From assembly GCA_964035545.1 (NCBI GenBank), contig OZ037766.1, positions 30,292,274-30,356,273 of the forward strand: DNA of 64,000 bases, given 5' to 3'. Shown here piece after piece: positions 39,878 to 52,800 of the stretch. Source of the DNA: Bugula neritina. Taxonomy: Eukaryota; Animalia; Bryozoa. Every line of letters begins with the position of its first letter. The first letter of the stretch is position 1. The position numbers and the translations under genes were made by a program. Under the pieces are notes generated by a model, which was given only the letters and a program-made list of their open reading frames with translations, was not told where the DNA came from and did no database searches.

Positions 39878-42800
39878 ACTACTACTACCACCAAATCAAA
39901 TGAACTATTGCTGTAAATAGGCAACTTTTAATGACAAAAACTTTACCTTTTTCTTGAGATTTTTATAGTAGATATAATCTTCAGTCTTTTTCTGCAGAGT
40001 TTCTACTCCATCCACCATCCTAGGAGAGTGAACAGATGAGAATGAGAAGTTATTTGCTAATGAATATGAAATCAGACATCATTACATAAGACAGGCTGTA
40101 CATGGTAGAAGAAAGTAAGAATAAATTATCCTATATAAATGACAATCAGTAAACTATCATAGATCTATCACAGGGAGTTTTATTCATTTATTAGGCCTTC
40201 ATCAAATTCAACACATTCCATTGAAAGGGAGTTGTCATACTTAGTACTATACATGTAAAGTGCTCAACAAGGATGGAGCTGCACATCAGATGTTACGCTA
40301 ATGTGGTCCATACTATTGTCTAACACAAAAAATATCATCCAAGTACTTTTCATGACTAAGTTGTAACTCTGTTATAGGTTTTTGCAACTTAATGACTTTA
40401 AAACTGAGTGGCATGTACCGAAAATGTAACCCAAGTGGAATACAAAGTTGAGACTCTAAAACCTGCTATTTTAAGCAAATAAAACTGTGATCTTATAAAT
40501 TGTAAAGCATGTAATAGCGTATAGAGAATATTATAAGGCTTTAGGTGTTTTTGGCTCTCAGTAATGCAATTTGTCTGAAGAATGAAGGTATACATTAGTA
40601 TGAACTAAAACCTACACTAACACTGAAGCAAATATTATAAGGCAGGCTAATATCAGTTAAACTATAAGAAAAGTCTAAGAGTAACAGCTGATAAATGTAA
40701 AATATCATTACAACTAGTATTTGTGATAGTTGTAATAAGTATTGGAGTCGAATTCACTTTGAGAACAGAAAGTTAACAGCTGGTCAGTTCGATTTTACAC
40801 CACTACTTGCTAACAATATAAATTGGCCGAGCTGTATTTAATATTTTAATATCATCCAGTGAGTTATTTTTGCTAATTGTGAATGCAGTGTTTCAACAAA
40901 GGAGTTATCCTACCTAATCTTGCACGTTGTGTACTCCGAATGACAACCAACTGCACTACTGTAGGAGCAGATAAACCCAGAAGATTCCAGAAGAGTGTGT
41001 ACGGGTTCAGATGGGTCACTATTCAGATCTCCAGCAACCTAAGACATGGTAAACAGTGGGTGAACTGTGTCAAGAAGAGCCATGCTTTGTTATCATAAAA
41101 TTTGGGGAGAGTATAATAGAATGCTTCAGCATGGAGTCAGTAGAAGTACTCTTATCACTATAAACAAAGGATAAACAACTCTAGTTTAAATATAACAATC
41201 TGTAACATCAAATAGTTCATAGAGGTTTATTGAATTCATGTATAACTATTCAGTATCTCAGTGTCCATAGGTGATAATGATTGTAATCAATAGAGACTAA
41301 GACATAATTAGTATAACACAAACACACACGCACACGAACACACACAGAGTTAGAACACTGTTAAACGTGTTGAAAACATAAATTCACAGTATTTACTAAT
41401 AGGTCAACTAAAGCTATTGATATTCATCAAATAGAAGTTTTAGCAATCTTGTAGAATATTTCAACTAACTACTGTGAATTAGAATTGTATACTTCATCAA
41501 ACAGATTGAGACATGTTACAGCTCCCTTGTAAATAAAATAAAGACATAGTAACTCGACTACGAAGTGATACGTACTATGACAGTGTCGCATTCATCAGAG
41601 TTAGTTTCTATGTATTTGAGAATTGCCCTCCCCTGCTTTTCTCTCAGCTGACTATGGGGACTCTTAGCCTTGAGGTGAACACAGACTACGAGCAGCTTAA
41701 CGCCAGCACTTAGCTTTAGGTGAGCAGCCAGTAACACCTGACCAGTTGCCTTCCCATCAGCCTCTATCACTTCCTGTTTATAACAAGCACTGATATTGCA
41801 TAGCAACTGGTGCCAGCAGAGGACTTGAAATTGTACAGCAATTACAAGATGCCAGGTTATTAAATCCACTTGAGCAGTTGAAGTTGATCGTGCAATAAAA
41901 GCAGGTACAATAAACTTCATCCCTCTCTAAGATATGAGTTGTGATGCACAAAGCTAACGCCTACTGCAAAATATTTCCTCAGTGTTACTGAGTCACACTA
42001 TCCAATAAAACATGACAGCACCTAGCAAAAGCACCAAACAATTGCGACATTCTCAAAGCGATATTGATATTTATTCCGATATATTCACAATGCGCAGACA
42101 ATATGATTGATACTATTAGCGCATCATCATGAGGAGGTAGCACTGTAAAAAATAAGGTACAACTGCAAGCCATCTTACTCAATTTATTCAAGCATACTGT
42201 TTTCAAAATCCTCTTATCTTTGACTAACCATCAATATGCTACATCAGAACTTAAAGCCGCGGCACAACATTTTATAATAATAAACATTTTCCGCAGGAAG
42301 AATTTGTGTAAATAAATTACAAGAGTAAAAGTTAGCAGAAATTGCACAAACAGCTGTGATATTTCGTGAGTACATGCAAACATGCAGTAGCCTACTGAAA
42401 TCATAACTCACAGAATGGTGTGCAAGCAGCTGGGTAGTTGAAGGTTTGTAAAATATAGCAGATCCATCTGGTCCAATATTTCCATCAGACATCAGGCACG
42501 GTGACGTAGGCTTCGGCACCCACAATCCTTTGTAGTCTGCAACAGTTACCGTCAGACTTGAAACTTATTACCAGCAGATGTCTATTAATTCAACAAGTTT
42601 ATAATAAACATGGGTTGTTCATCAAAATTGTTGATGTTAAGTCAGCTCCATTGCTGTACTACCTGACTTTGCAAGAAGCCACAATTGCCGGGCTTTTTAT
42701 TACAATGCAGTTTTATAGTAAGAAAGTATTATTAAGTGCAGATAGATTTTCTAAAATACTGAGATATGTGGACTTAAACTTCAACTCTTCAATGCTGGTG

Positions 42801-43316
42801 TGTTTAAATCAAAGGTTTTACAAACCTGAAAGCTTCTCCTTCAACTGCTCAAACATGTCTACTTCCTGCAAACAAATGACGTCTGCTGAATAACGGGTCA
42901 ACTCGGTCACAATCTCACCCAATCTTCTGTCAAACTGCAACGCTTCTGGAGGACATCTAATAAATGAGTCAGAAGACAACCCTAAAAAGGCAACTTCTAT
43001 CAATTCTAGCAAAACTTGGATCAGACCCATGAGGAAAAAAGAAGCAGTTGGGAATTTGTATCATGAAGAAATGATTTCAACTGTTTAATAAAATAAGCTT
43101 ACCCTGAGCCAAAACGTTGAAAGACATGACCCTGAACGTGCACTTCTGCTGACTCGCTGCATTTGGATTCTGTATAGAATACATATTTATTAAATAGACA
43201 CAGGAGAACATTGATATTTGGTGGTGAAGGTAACTACTGAAAATATCGTGACCCACATTGATCATGTCAATACGATGACTGCAGTTACATTGTTGATGAA
43301 TTGATGTAAACGCCAT
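39643..43316 (-). CDS. NOCT: Nocturnin (CCR4-like EEP family; NADP(H) 2'-phosphatase); exons 43257-43316(?), 43103-43169, 42826-42981, 42412-42536, 41576-41773, 40914-41038, 39947-40019, 39643-39768
   Basis: Phase-consistent exons carry RVMSFNVLAQGL, DVICLQEVD, PKPTSPCL..NIGPDGSAIFY, VHLKAK, AGDLNSDP, EDYIYY and LPNMDYPSDHLSM. The first-intron assignment is uncertain. Confidence 0.92.
39828..39892. repeat. Compound (CTA)n(CTG)n(CTA)n microsatellite in the last nocturnin intron
   Basis: Read directly; an eroded counterpart lies in the duplicate at ~32297-32338. Confidence 0.9.
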
Positions 43317-43540
43317 TTTTAGTTTAAAATTTTCAGGGCGACTCTATGTATAATGTGAAAAGACGGTGATTGTCATGAAAAGCCAAATAACAATGCTGCA
43401 AGTGAAATTATATGAATATAATGGCAATCGAGAAATCTGTAAGTGAAAAAATATGCAATGAACCAAAAACAATATATTATATATTATCACAAACAATTAA
43501 TTAATTTTAATTACTATTAATATTAATATCAGTAGCACAC

Positions 43541-43774
43541 TGGTGGTGATAGCGGCGGCGGCGGCAGCAGCGGCAGCAGCAGCAGTAGTAGTAGTAGTAG
43601 CAGTAGTAATATTACTAATACTACTATTGCTACTACTGCCACTGCTACTACTACTGCTACTGCTACTGCTACTGCTACTGCTACTGCTACTGCTACTGCT
43701 ACTGCTACTGTGCTACTACTACTAGTGTGCTATTACTAATACTTTTAGTAATAGCACACTAGTAGTAATAGCAC

Positions 43775-43824
<50 letters not shown>

Positions 43825-43858
43825 CAGTAGCAGTAGCAGTAGCAGTAGCAGTAATAAT
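43541..43858. repeat. Compound tri/hexanucleotide microsatellite arranged as an inverted repeat
   Basis: (GCG)(GCA)(GTA)...(CTACTG)n-actagtgtgctattactaa-tactt-ttagtaatagcacactagt-(AGT)n(AGCAGT)n; centre of symmetry ~43742. Confidence 0.9.
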
Positions 43859-45481
43859 AATCATAATCATAATGCGATGATATTGATTGTCAGTATCAAT
43901 ACCAATACGCCATATGAATACTGATACGGCAATACGGATACCTCACTATTCTTTTTATCACTTGGCTTAGGAGTGAAACTGCGATGGTTAGAAATCATGG
44001 TTGTTATTTCTTAAAATGATCACCAGTAGTTCCAACGGCAACTATCAGTTACTAGTTTAGTGTAACCAATTAACTACAAATGCAACTAGCATTCGGGAGT
44101 CGACCGTAGCAACCATATTCGAAAACGGAAACTGTCGTTGTCGCATTATTGGACTCGGTATAAGGCCCCCCCCCCCCCGATGCCAAGCTTCTAGTCCTGA
44201 AGTTATTACTAACACTAACAGTAACTACCGAGTACGGTAATATTTATTTTATTTATGTTAACATTTCTCATTAGACTTAGTATAATATTAATTATTATAC
44301 TACAAGTACAAGTATATGTATTTTATTAGGTTTGCGGATAATTCAAATATTGTTTATGCTTATGCTTTTGATACTCATACTGATACTCACACCGTATTAC
44401 TAAATATTGAATTGATATACAGTTTCATTTTGACTTATGCAAGTATTGTAAATGTAATATGAAATTGAATGTTAATATGAATATGGTACATGTTGAACTT
44501 GATGTAGACATCAGTCACAGTCATACTTATAGTTGTTGATTATAAATTATTATTAAATATAATAGTTACAATAAGTATAACTTATAAGTGTACTATTAAG
44601 AAATTAAAACGTAGTTGAATTTTAGTGTTTGAAATTGATTATCAAAGTCAAAGTGAATTATTGAAAATCATAATGATAATCACTTTAGAATTATTAATTT
44701 ACAAGAATGGGATAACTAAAAGCAATGCTATAACATAACAATTATAAACATATCAGTATGATAATAATGTTTACCAATGAGCATGACTGTATATCGTATA
44801 CTGAGTAAGTATAGCATCAAATTGAACTTGAAGTAAGTAATTAAAATATTTTTTAATTTTATCAAATCGTCCTATTAGCATTACACTTATGTTATTGTTT
44901 ACCCAACTCTAAAAGGGTTCAAACTTCAGGTCACTGCTCTCATAGCTAGCAGCGTAAGTGTATCTTGTACTGATGAAAATTGAGTATTTTCAGCTACTCA
45001 ATAACTGCTCAGTAACTTACTAATAGGCATTAGTTCACTCTGATTCTCTATTCACTGCTTCCACTTTGACATAACTATTGGCAACGACATATGTATTTTA
45101 TAAATATATATTCCTAAATATCTCGTTTTATCAGACTTGAGGTATTTTACTGTACAAAATCAAATAAATGATATTGTCGGACTTGAATTAGTGGTATCTG
45201 GGAGTTTTCGTTTTTTAAACTCAATAACATTAACATATTTTCTTTTTAAAACAACTAATCACTGTTAGTGCCTGATACATTATACAGCACAAGATATTAG
45301 TTTACTGTTCAAAGTTTACCTCAATTCTAGTTGAAATAAAATTTTATTCCAATACATTTGGAAACATGTTTCAATTTGTCAAGTGTCTTTGGTAGATGGA
45401 TAGCTGTCTTCAACATATATTTGTTAAATTTTAATGATAAACTACTCAACTTTTATGTTTTAGAATACATTGACATCAATA

Positions 45482-47932
45482 ATGGCGGGTCTTGCTCTAT
45501 TAAAAGATTTAAACAGTAAGTACACACTTATTAGTTATAATCATTTCTTATTCACATTTAAAATATCTCGGTAGGCCTAAGTTTTCCTGAAAAAGTGAGT
45601 CTACTAAGGATAGTTTCATTTTTGCAATGCAACTGCCACTCATATAACTCACACCAGTTTATAGTCGCCATCCCCGTGAGAAACCCCTGATGGAAGGGCT
45701 TTTTGTTGAATTGGGCTAAGGACTTTTTCAGATGAGGCACAGGAGCAATTATAACTGGATGCTCTTCCTAACATCACCAATAGCCTTTGTCAGGGCTCGA
45801 ACCCATAACTTCGTGCTTACTAAACAAATGTTCTAACCCCTAGACTACGGCAGCTTTCTTTTACCTGCTCTCCCTCTTACAATTACTCCAACCCTGCTAT
45901 TTGTGCAGCTCTCGGCCACTCTTATGTTGTAGTCAATTTATATCATTACTAATTCAAATTCAAAGCTGACTTCCATTGTAAATACTTTGTATTGTTTTTG
46001 CTGATATTTAAACTTTAGCCTTTTTGAATAAAAACTAGCCATTTCTCCAAACTGGTTGGAATATTGACTACAATTAACTGCAATTGGTCATGAGTCAACA
46101 GATTTAACGTTCGAAATAACCCTTTACTTCAAATTTAGCTGCTTGCGCTGTACTAGTAACTATAGTTGAGGTGCTCTACATTTGATTCATAGATGCTACA
46201 GATCCTGTGAATGAACGCATTATCTGGTTGGACCTAGAAATGTCTGGACTGGAAATTGAGAAGGAAAGAATTATTGAAATTGCAGTTGCTGTAACTGATG
46301 GAAATCTGAGAGAGATTGCAAAGGTTAGAGGTGGATCTTGTAAATGTGTTCAATATCCTGCGTAAACTAATAACCAGTTATGTTGGTTGAATTGTAAGTC
46401 AGTAAAGAAATTAAACTTGCCTTGGGTACAACTTACTTTGCATTTGATTTATTTTTATTTAAATTCCAGTATTTGAGTTCCATGAATGTGTTTTTGATAT
46501 TTTTTCACTTTATCTTATGCATAGGGCATTCTGGTACTTGCCATATGATACCTACACAGGCCTAACTGTTTCCTGCCATCATTCTTTCTAGTTTAGAAAG
46601 AATATAAGTTTTGCACATTCTCTCTCTGATTCTAGATATTCATAGTTAGTATTGTTGTTCTTGTTATAGGCTGTCTCAATGCTAATGTTTCGAAATACAG
46701 AGCATTATGTTAAACGACTGTACATTAAATTTGAGAGTTTATCAGTGATGCATAGCAACATGAAATATAAAGTGCCCTTATGGTAGAGGAGGATTGTTTG
46801 CTTTTAGATAAGAAATATATGCCATTTGAGTTTGTATATTTTACCGGCAATGGTGATAAAATAAGGTGTTCTAAACATTGCAGGGACCAAACTTGATAAT
46901 TCATCAGGATGACGCCCTAATGGAGGCAATGGACCCCTGGTGCATTGAGCACCACGGGGCGTCTGGTCTAACCCAGGCCGTTAAAGATAGTAAGATCACT
47001 GAGGCTATGGCCGAAGAGCAAGTATTAAGCTTCGTCAGAAAATATACTAATAAGGGTTAGTACTGCTCAGTTATTGTGACCACCCAATACGTGATCAGCC
47101 ATTAATGAAAATTGCTGATTATTGGTCTATTCTATCATACATTTGTCATTTTTAAGAAATAACTTTGAACATATGAATAATGATTTTAAAAAAGTTGCTA
47201 ATATGGATATTAAATTAACTGTAGTAGCATAGAGTATTTTTTACCAACTTTTTTTTAAATTTCATCCTTTTGAATTGACATTTTTTTAAGTGACAAACTT
47301 TGGGCTTGTTGTTTTACTGTAACTTATTGAAGCTAAAGTGAAGTTAGACATTAAACATGGTGTACCACTGTCTGCCTTGCCAACCTAGTGTATGCAGATT
47401 AGGAACTTAGTGGAGTTGGCTGAGGAATGGAAATGAAAAACACATGTACTGTAGTGTATACCATTGTTATTGTCATATTTTAAGATGGTTTGAATGCCCA
47501 AGTTGTAATGCACTCAGCAACTTCCGGTTAATTTTTAATTTTTTAAGGAAAATTAGCTGCTAAATTTAGCTGGCTTAAGCTACTTCACATTTTGCTGCAT
47601 GTGCATTTGTAAAGGTATATATATTAATTTTGTATTTTTGTCATTTGTACAAAGAAAACAATTGAATTGTATTGGCAGGTAAATGCGCTCTAGCAGGTAA
47701 CTCTATATACATGGACAAGATGTTTCTAATGAAGTACATGCCAAGGTTTGTGGAACATCTTCACTACAGACTTATAGATGTCAGCACGTTGAAAGAGTTG
47801 GGCAAAAGATGGATGCCTAATGTCATGGCCAAGGCACCTAAAAAAAATGACAAACACAGAGCACTAGATGATATTTTAGACAGTATCGCTGAGCTTCGTT
47901 TTTATAAGGAAGCAATGCTGATTTCTCATTAG
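45482..47932 (+). CDS. REXO2: Oligoribonuclease (DEDDh 3'-5' exonuclease); join(45482..45515,46193..46323,46884..47055,47679..47932)
   Basis: Motifs [66 protein letters not shown] and [17 protein letters not shown], with consistent phases. A further upstream exon is possible (acceptor at 45463, frame open before the ATG). Confidence 0.95.
45647..45855 (-). mobile_element. tRNA-derived SINE copy in a REXO2 intron
   Basis: Minus-strand B-box GGGTTCGAGCCC; body matches the other copies. Confidence 0.85.
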
Positions 47933-49863
47933 ACACAGCGTTTTCTTAGTGTTTATTGGTTCAATTGCCACAGAAAACTTCTGCCTACTAGATTTTTCAC
48001 TACCTGTTATAACCCAGCGAAAATTAACTAGGACTATATAGGATCTAATGCTTTGTTTACCAGGTTAATCTTAACTATAAATTGTACCTATAGCTTCTTT
48101 TACAAAATTAATAGAATGTTCCTCTTTGAAAAGTGCCCCAAGGGAGAAACCTTTAGCTTGGAAACTATTGAAATTAAAAGGTTTGCATGCGCAATAACCG
48201 AGTATATCAATTCTTCTAAACCTACAGCTTCTAAATAAGTTACTTTCCCTGGTTTAATTCTAGTATTTTCCTGGCTTGGAATTTGAATCAGCGGGAGATG
48301 AAGTATTTTGTAGACTTTGCAGTTAGAATGCTCTGAAGCACCCAAATGGTTATTCGAGTAGTACAATTGAGCCACAATATTTTTTGCATTAATTTTACTT
48401 TTTTGGCAGTTTTTATCATTTTATTGTAAAAATGTTTTTATTGCTGTTGAATTTGTAACATCAAACTTGGAGGAGGGTAAAAGAATGTTAAATTTAGCAC
48501 AGCTGATCAAACTTATGTTATATGTAAATTCAAGAAAATTGACTTTTATCAGCTCAAAAGAAGAGCTGAGTGTCTCAAACTCTAGTGAGCTACAATCTAG
48601 ATATTTTTACAGCTGAAATTAACTATAACAAGCCTGTAAAATGCTTCCAAATATTCCACTAAAATTGGTTCAATTTATAAATTAGCTGATATTTTGAAGA
48701 CATGAAGTGACATTGAAGTAAAATTTATTAAGCTTAGTATTAGCCAATTTCTCACTTACGGATTGTAATATTGTAGAACTGTGCTTTTACTTTGTTTCAA
48801 TTATTCTGTAATATGTTGTAACTCTTTAGAAATTATCAGGACAATAAACTTGGAAGGTATTTTGTAATGCTGAACAGATGATTTTAAGCTTGTATTTTTG
48901 TTGAAATTTCATAGATGCCATCTCTATTCTAGTGGTACAAAAACACCTAATAGTTTATCGTAGAAATAAAACATACACCATATATGAATTAAATAAAGCT
49001 ATTGTTTTTTTAGTTTTACTTCTTTAAAACAATAGAATGCATACATCTACTTGCACTGACACTGACAGCTGAAATTGATCATCGATCATTTTATTTCCAA
49101 TCAAACTAGAAAGAAGGTACATAATTGTAGCAAATTCAAACAAAGCACAATCAATGCAAAATATTATAATGTAGTGAAACTTATTTTTTTAGTAAGATAA
49201 TAAAATTCATTACAAGGCACTCTAAAATAACTGGTTACTCTAATATAATATCTCGTTACCAAAAGTTGGTGATAAATATAATTCAAGCATAAACAATCTT
49301 CATTATAAAAATATGCAAAATTATGACAGCAAAAATATTTTAATTTTCAATAAAAAAAAAGGTGTGCACTAGCTGCAAAAACTATTACTACTATGATAGA
49401 AGTTTTGTGTTAAAATCTTGCTCAAAAATAATCCCAAGAACCACCACACGGTACATAAATATAAAGCATTTCTGTTTTGCTGATCAACCACAATAGTTTT
49501 GATTTGTGCTCTTTGAAAAAATTAATGTGGTGTTAAAAATAAAGCCATGAATGAAAGATGTATAACCAAATATAGCCGGTCTATTGTGAAGCGAGATGAT
49601 GCAAGTGACATATGAGAATGCTATAGACTTGCAAGGTTCTTATCTAATACTGGTATTATCTATGGAACATTCAAATAGGGATCGGAATGTTACTAGGAAT
49701 AGTATTACAAATATTACAAAGCATAGTGCGTAAGCCAAAGTTTAGCCTTCTAATGAAAATTAATGCAAATAGTTAGTATTATTCAGTGTGCAACCTGAGT
49801 TAGGCAGTTGCTGAGAGAGTCGTGTCAAAATGTAGAAGTTAGTTCTTTAAAAACATTTTGAAT

Positions 49864-52800
49864 TCAATCACTTTCAGCTGGGATGCCGTAAGGTGGAATC
49901 TAAAATAGAATACAACTTAATTTGGCAGACTGAAAACTGGAAACTCAATTGCAAATGAAAGGTTAAAATGTAAGGGAACAGTAACGAGCAGGTGTAAAAA
50001 GAGCAACCAATTTAGCGGCGTATAAGTACAGTACATCCTGTCTAGACTCTAGCACAAAGGTCAAGTCAAAGTATTTAATAAAATAATAATGTAAGACTAT
50101 TCAAAACAAGAGTTTTAAAAACAAATACTATTCACATTAAAGGTTTCTAAATTCAAATTGTTCATCTAATATTTAGCAGGGTATAACTTTGGATTCAACC
50201 ATATGTATGTGGGTCATTAGCTTTTACTCTTTATTTTCACCAAAGATCACAAGAATATCAGCTATTTATCAACAGGTTGTATTAATAAATGTTATAAGCT
50301 TGAAACTCAATTTAATGCTGTACAATAAAATATCTTACATACAAATTAATTCAGAGAATAGAGATGCGCGATTTACCATTCTTAAGGCCTGGAATTTCAA
50401 TATTGGGACTATTTTAATTGATGAAATATACTTTTTATAACCCAAACTCTCATTGTCAACATAAATACAGACATGTTGATGTTGAGCAACATGCCAACAA
50501 AGAGGATACTTTGCACAAACCTCTGTGTGTGATGCTATGATCTCATCAAATATTTGGAATTTCTCTGTGGAATCAGTAGGCTGGTCAGAATGAGTTTCAT
50601 TTTTCCATGACTCTGTGAGCGACTCTAGATACTTATAGAGGTCGTCTTGCTGAGTAAGCAGCTTGGAATCATCCCCAGCGTCACTGAAATGTGCAGTGAA
50701 GAAGATTTACACCAGATGTGAAACATATTGCGGCTCTGCTGAACCTAGTCAGCAGATTGTTTCGAGCAATAATGATTTTTTAGACAGGAATTCTAAGAGA
50801 AAAACACTTACTAATTCAAAAAAGCAGAAAAACCTGGTCATAGAGTAAAGCTAACTGCAGTGTAAAATATTACTGGTTAAAGAAAAAATTGTATGAACAA
50901 CAAAACAGAACAGATATAAAAAGCTATGTCAGTGAGTTTCATTGCTTGTGTACTTTAAATTACATCATGTAAAGACAATATCTAGGTATGTTAGTTACTA
51001 ACCTCTGAGCATTCTTGTAAGAACAATAGTACTTGTCCAAGCTTCTGTAGAGCCGCTCAAACTTGTGATTATCAAGTTCAGGATGACTCTTATCCGACCC
51101 ATTCTTTAAGGAAAGCCCAAGTTGTTGCATAGCCTTAAGAATGTATTTAACAGCTTCACCAGACTTGCCACAGTCGGATAGAAACTTGGCGTAGTACCTA
51201 ACAAATAATAAACCCTGTAGATGTCTGTTTGAGAGGATCGGGCAGAAACAAACTTGCTCACAACACTAACTGGCATCTGTTAGAGAAAATGACTTCCAAA
51301 CTAACATAATAGGAAAAATTATGTCTTATTTATTCTTCCATTATTCTACGCTTCTCCCATGTACCTAAGGAGCTACACTCTCCATAGTTGAATACAAACA
51401 ATACAATAAAGAAATGGTACTACTATTAAAGCGCAAAACACAATCTTTTAAAAAAATATGATAACAATAAATATCTTTTTTTACAAGTATAGTATAATAT
51501 ACAGAGAATAGTATAGTATACAGGGTATAGTATAATATACAAAGAACAGTATAGTATACAGGGTATTGTAGTACAGTATACAGAGAATAGTAAAGTATAC
51601 AGGGTATTATAGTATAATATACAGAGAATGGTATAGTATACAGGGTATAGTATACAGGGTATAGTATACAGGGTATAGTATACAGAGAATAGTATAGTAT
51701 ACAGGGTATAAACAATAGCATCAGTGACAACTTTTATTAATTGAAATTAAGCGTGGAGATCTTTAAAAAATATGGCAAAAACACACTAACCAGTATAAAT
51801 CGATGAAAAGAGGCCACCATTGTTATACCACACTTTTTAAGAACACACAGGAAACTAGTTTTTAGCTAACAATATTAAGTGACAAAAAATAGCCTAAAGA
51901 CAAAATCTCATCTAGCTGAAGAACCCATTATCTGTTAGGATAGGATACTCGAATACCTGTAACAATAACAGAGGGCGCTATTTTTGAACACTTGCTTCTT
52001 GGCTAGTTCTTCCACTTGTGTCAGCAACTGCTCTCCGCTGGCAAAATGCTGCTCCTGATTAGCTGGTTCTAGCTGATACAGTTTACCTGTAATAAGATAA
52101 TCAAGTCTCATCCATATATTATTCATGGCAGTCGTAGAATTGTCATTTCAGCTTGTGGATTATTAGTTTCTATGTATACTGTATGCAGTAATTTATGCCA
52201 CAACAGCTTTAGGACTAGTGGCCAACGCTAAGTTGGATGAGCATAGTCTATGAATTTTACAGCTCTGCAAGCAAGCAGCATATCCTACATGCAACATCAA
52301 CGGAAAATGTATATTGAATAAATAACTAATTTGAAAAAATAATGATGATTAAAAAATTAAAAGCAATTACAATCAAAGCAATATTGAATACTGAAAAAAG
52401 ATGCCCGTTAAATATATTCTGCCATCAAATAATTTGTTATTAAAAGTCGTACCATAGCAGTTGATTTTCCATTCAGCACAAATCATCCTGTGGTAGTCAT
52501 CATATTTCAGGTCTGATCTCATCAGCCCTGCTTCATACGCATATCTTTTAACATCATCCTCACCAACATTGGACAATTCTAAAAGAAGTATTCTACTTTA
52601 ATCACTGTCACCACATATTCATATACCAACTCATCATATGACATGATAAAGTTGATACTAATACAACCGGTAGATTGACTGGTCAGAATTCCGAGACACA
52701 AAAAGTGTTGCAAACAGATGTTACCATCCAGTTGGTCTTTAATAGAGTGGAGTTTATCAGAAGAATCTTCTTGATCAATCGCCATGGCCAACCTTTCTCT

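Larger units (their letters stand above)
15110..42495. repeat. Diverged tandem segmental duplication: unit 1 ~15.1-33.3 kb, unit 2 ~33.7-42.5 kb
   Basis: Colinear similar blocks: 15.1-16.6 vs 33.7-35.2 kb (peptide genes), 18.0-18.8 vs 36.8-37.7 kb (non-coding), 31.4-32.3 vs 39.0-39.8 kb, 32.4-32.6 vs 40.8-41.1 kb, 33.16-33.34 vs 42.32-42.50 kb. Confidence 0.85.

Noticed and set aside
43543-43725. Poly-Ala/Val/Leu ORF resembling a signal or transmembrane peptide
   Set aside because: Produced by trinucleotide and hexanucleotide microsatellites.
51365-51730. 121-aa Tyr/Ile/Leu-rich ORF; the repeat array superficially resembles CRISPR
   Set aside because: Intronic minisatellite with no unique spacers, no cas genes and a eukaryotic context.
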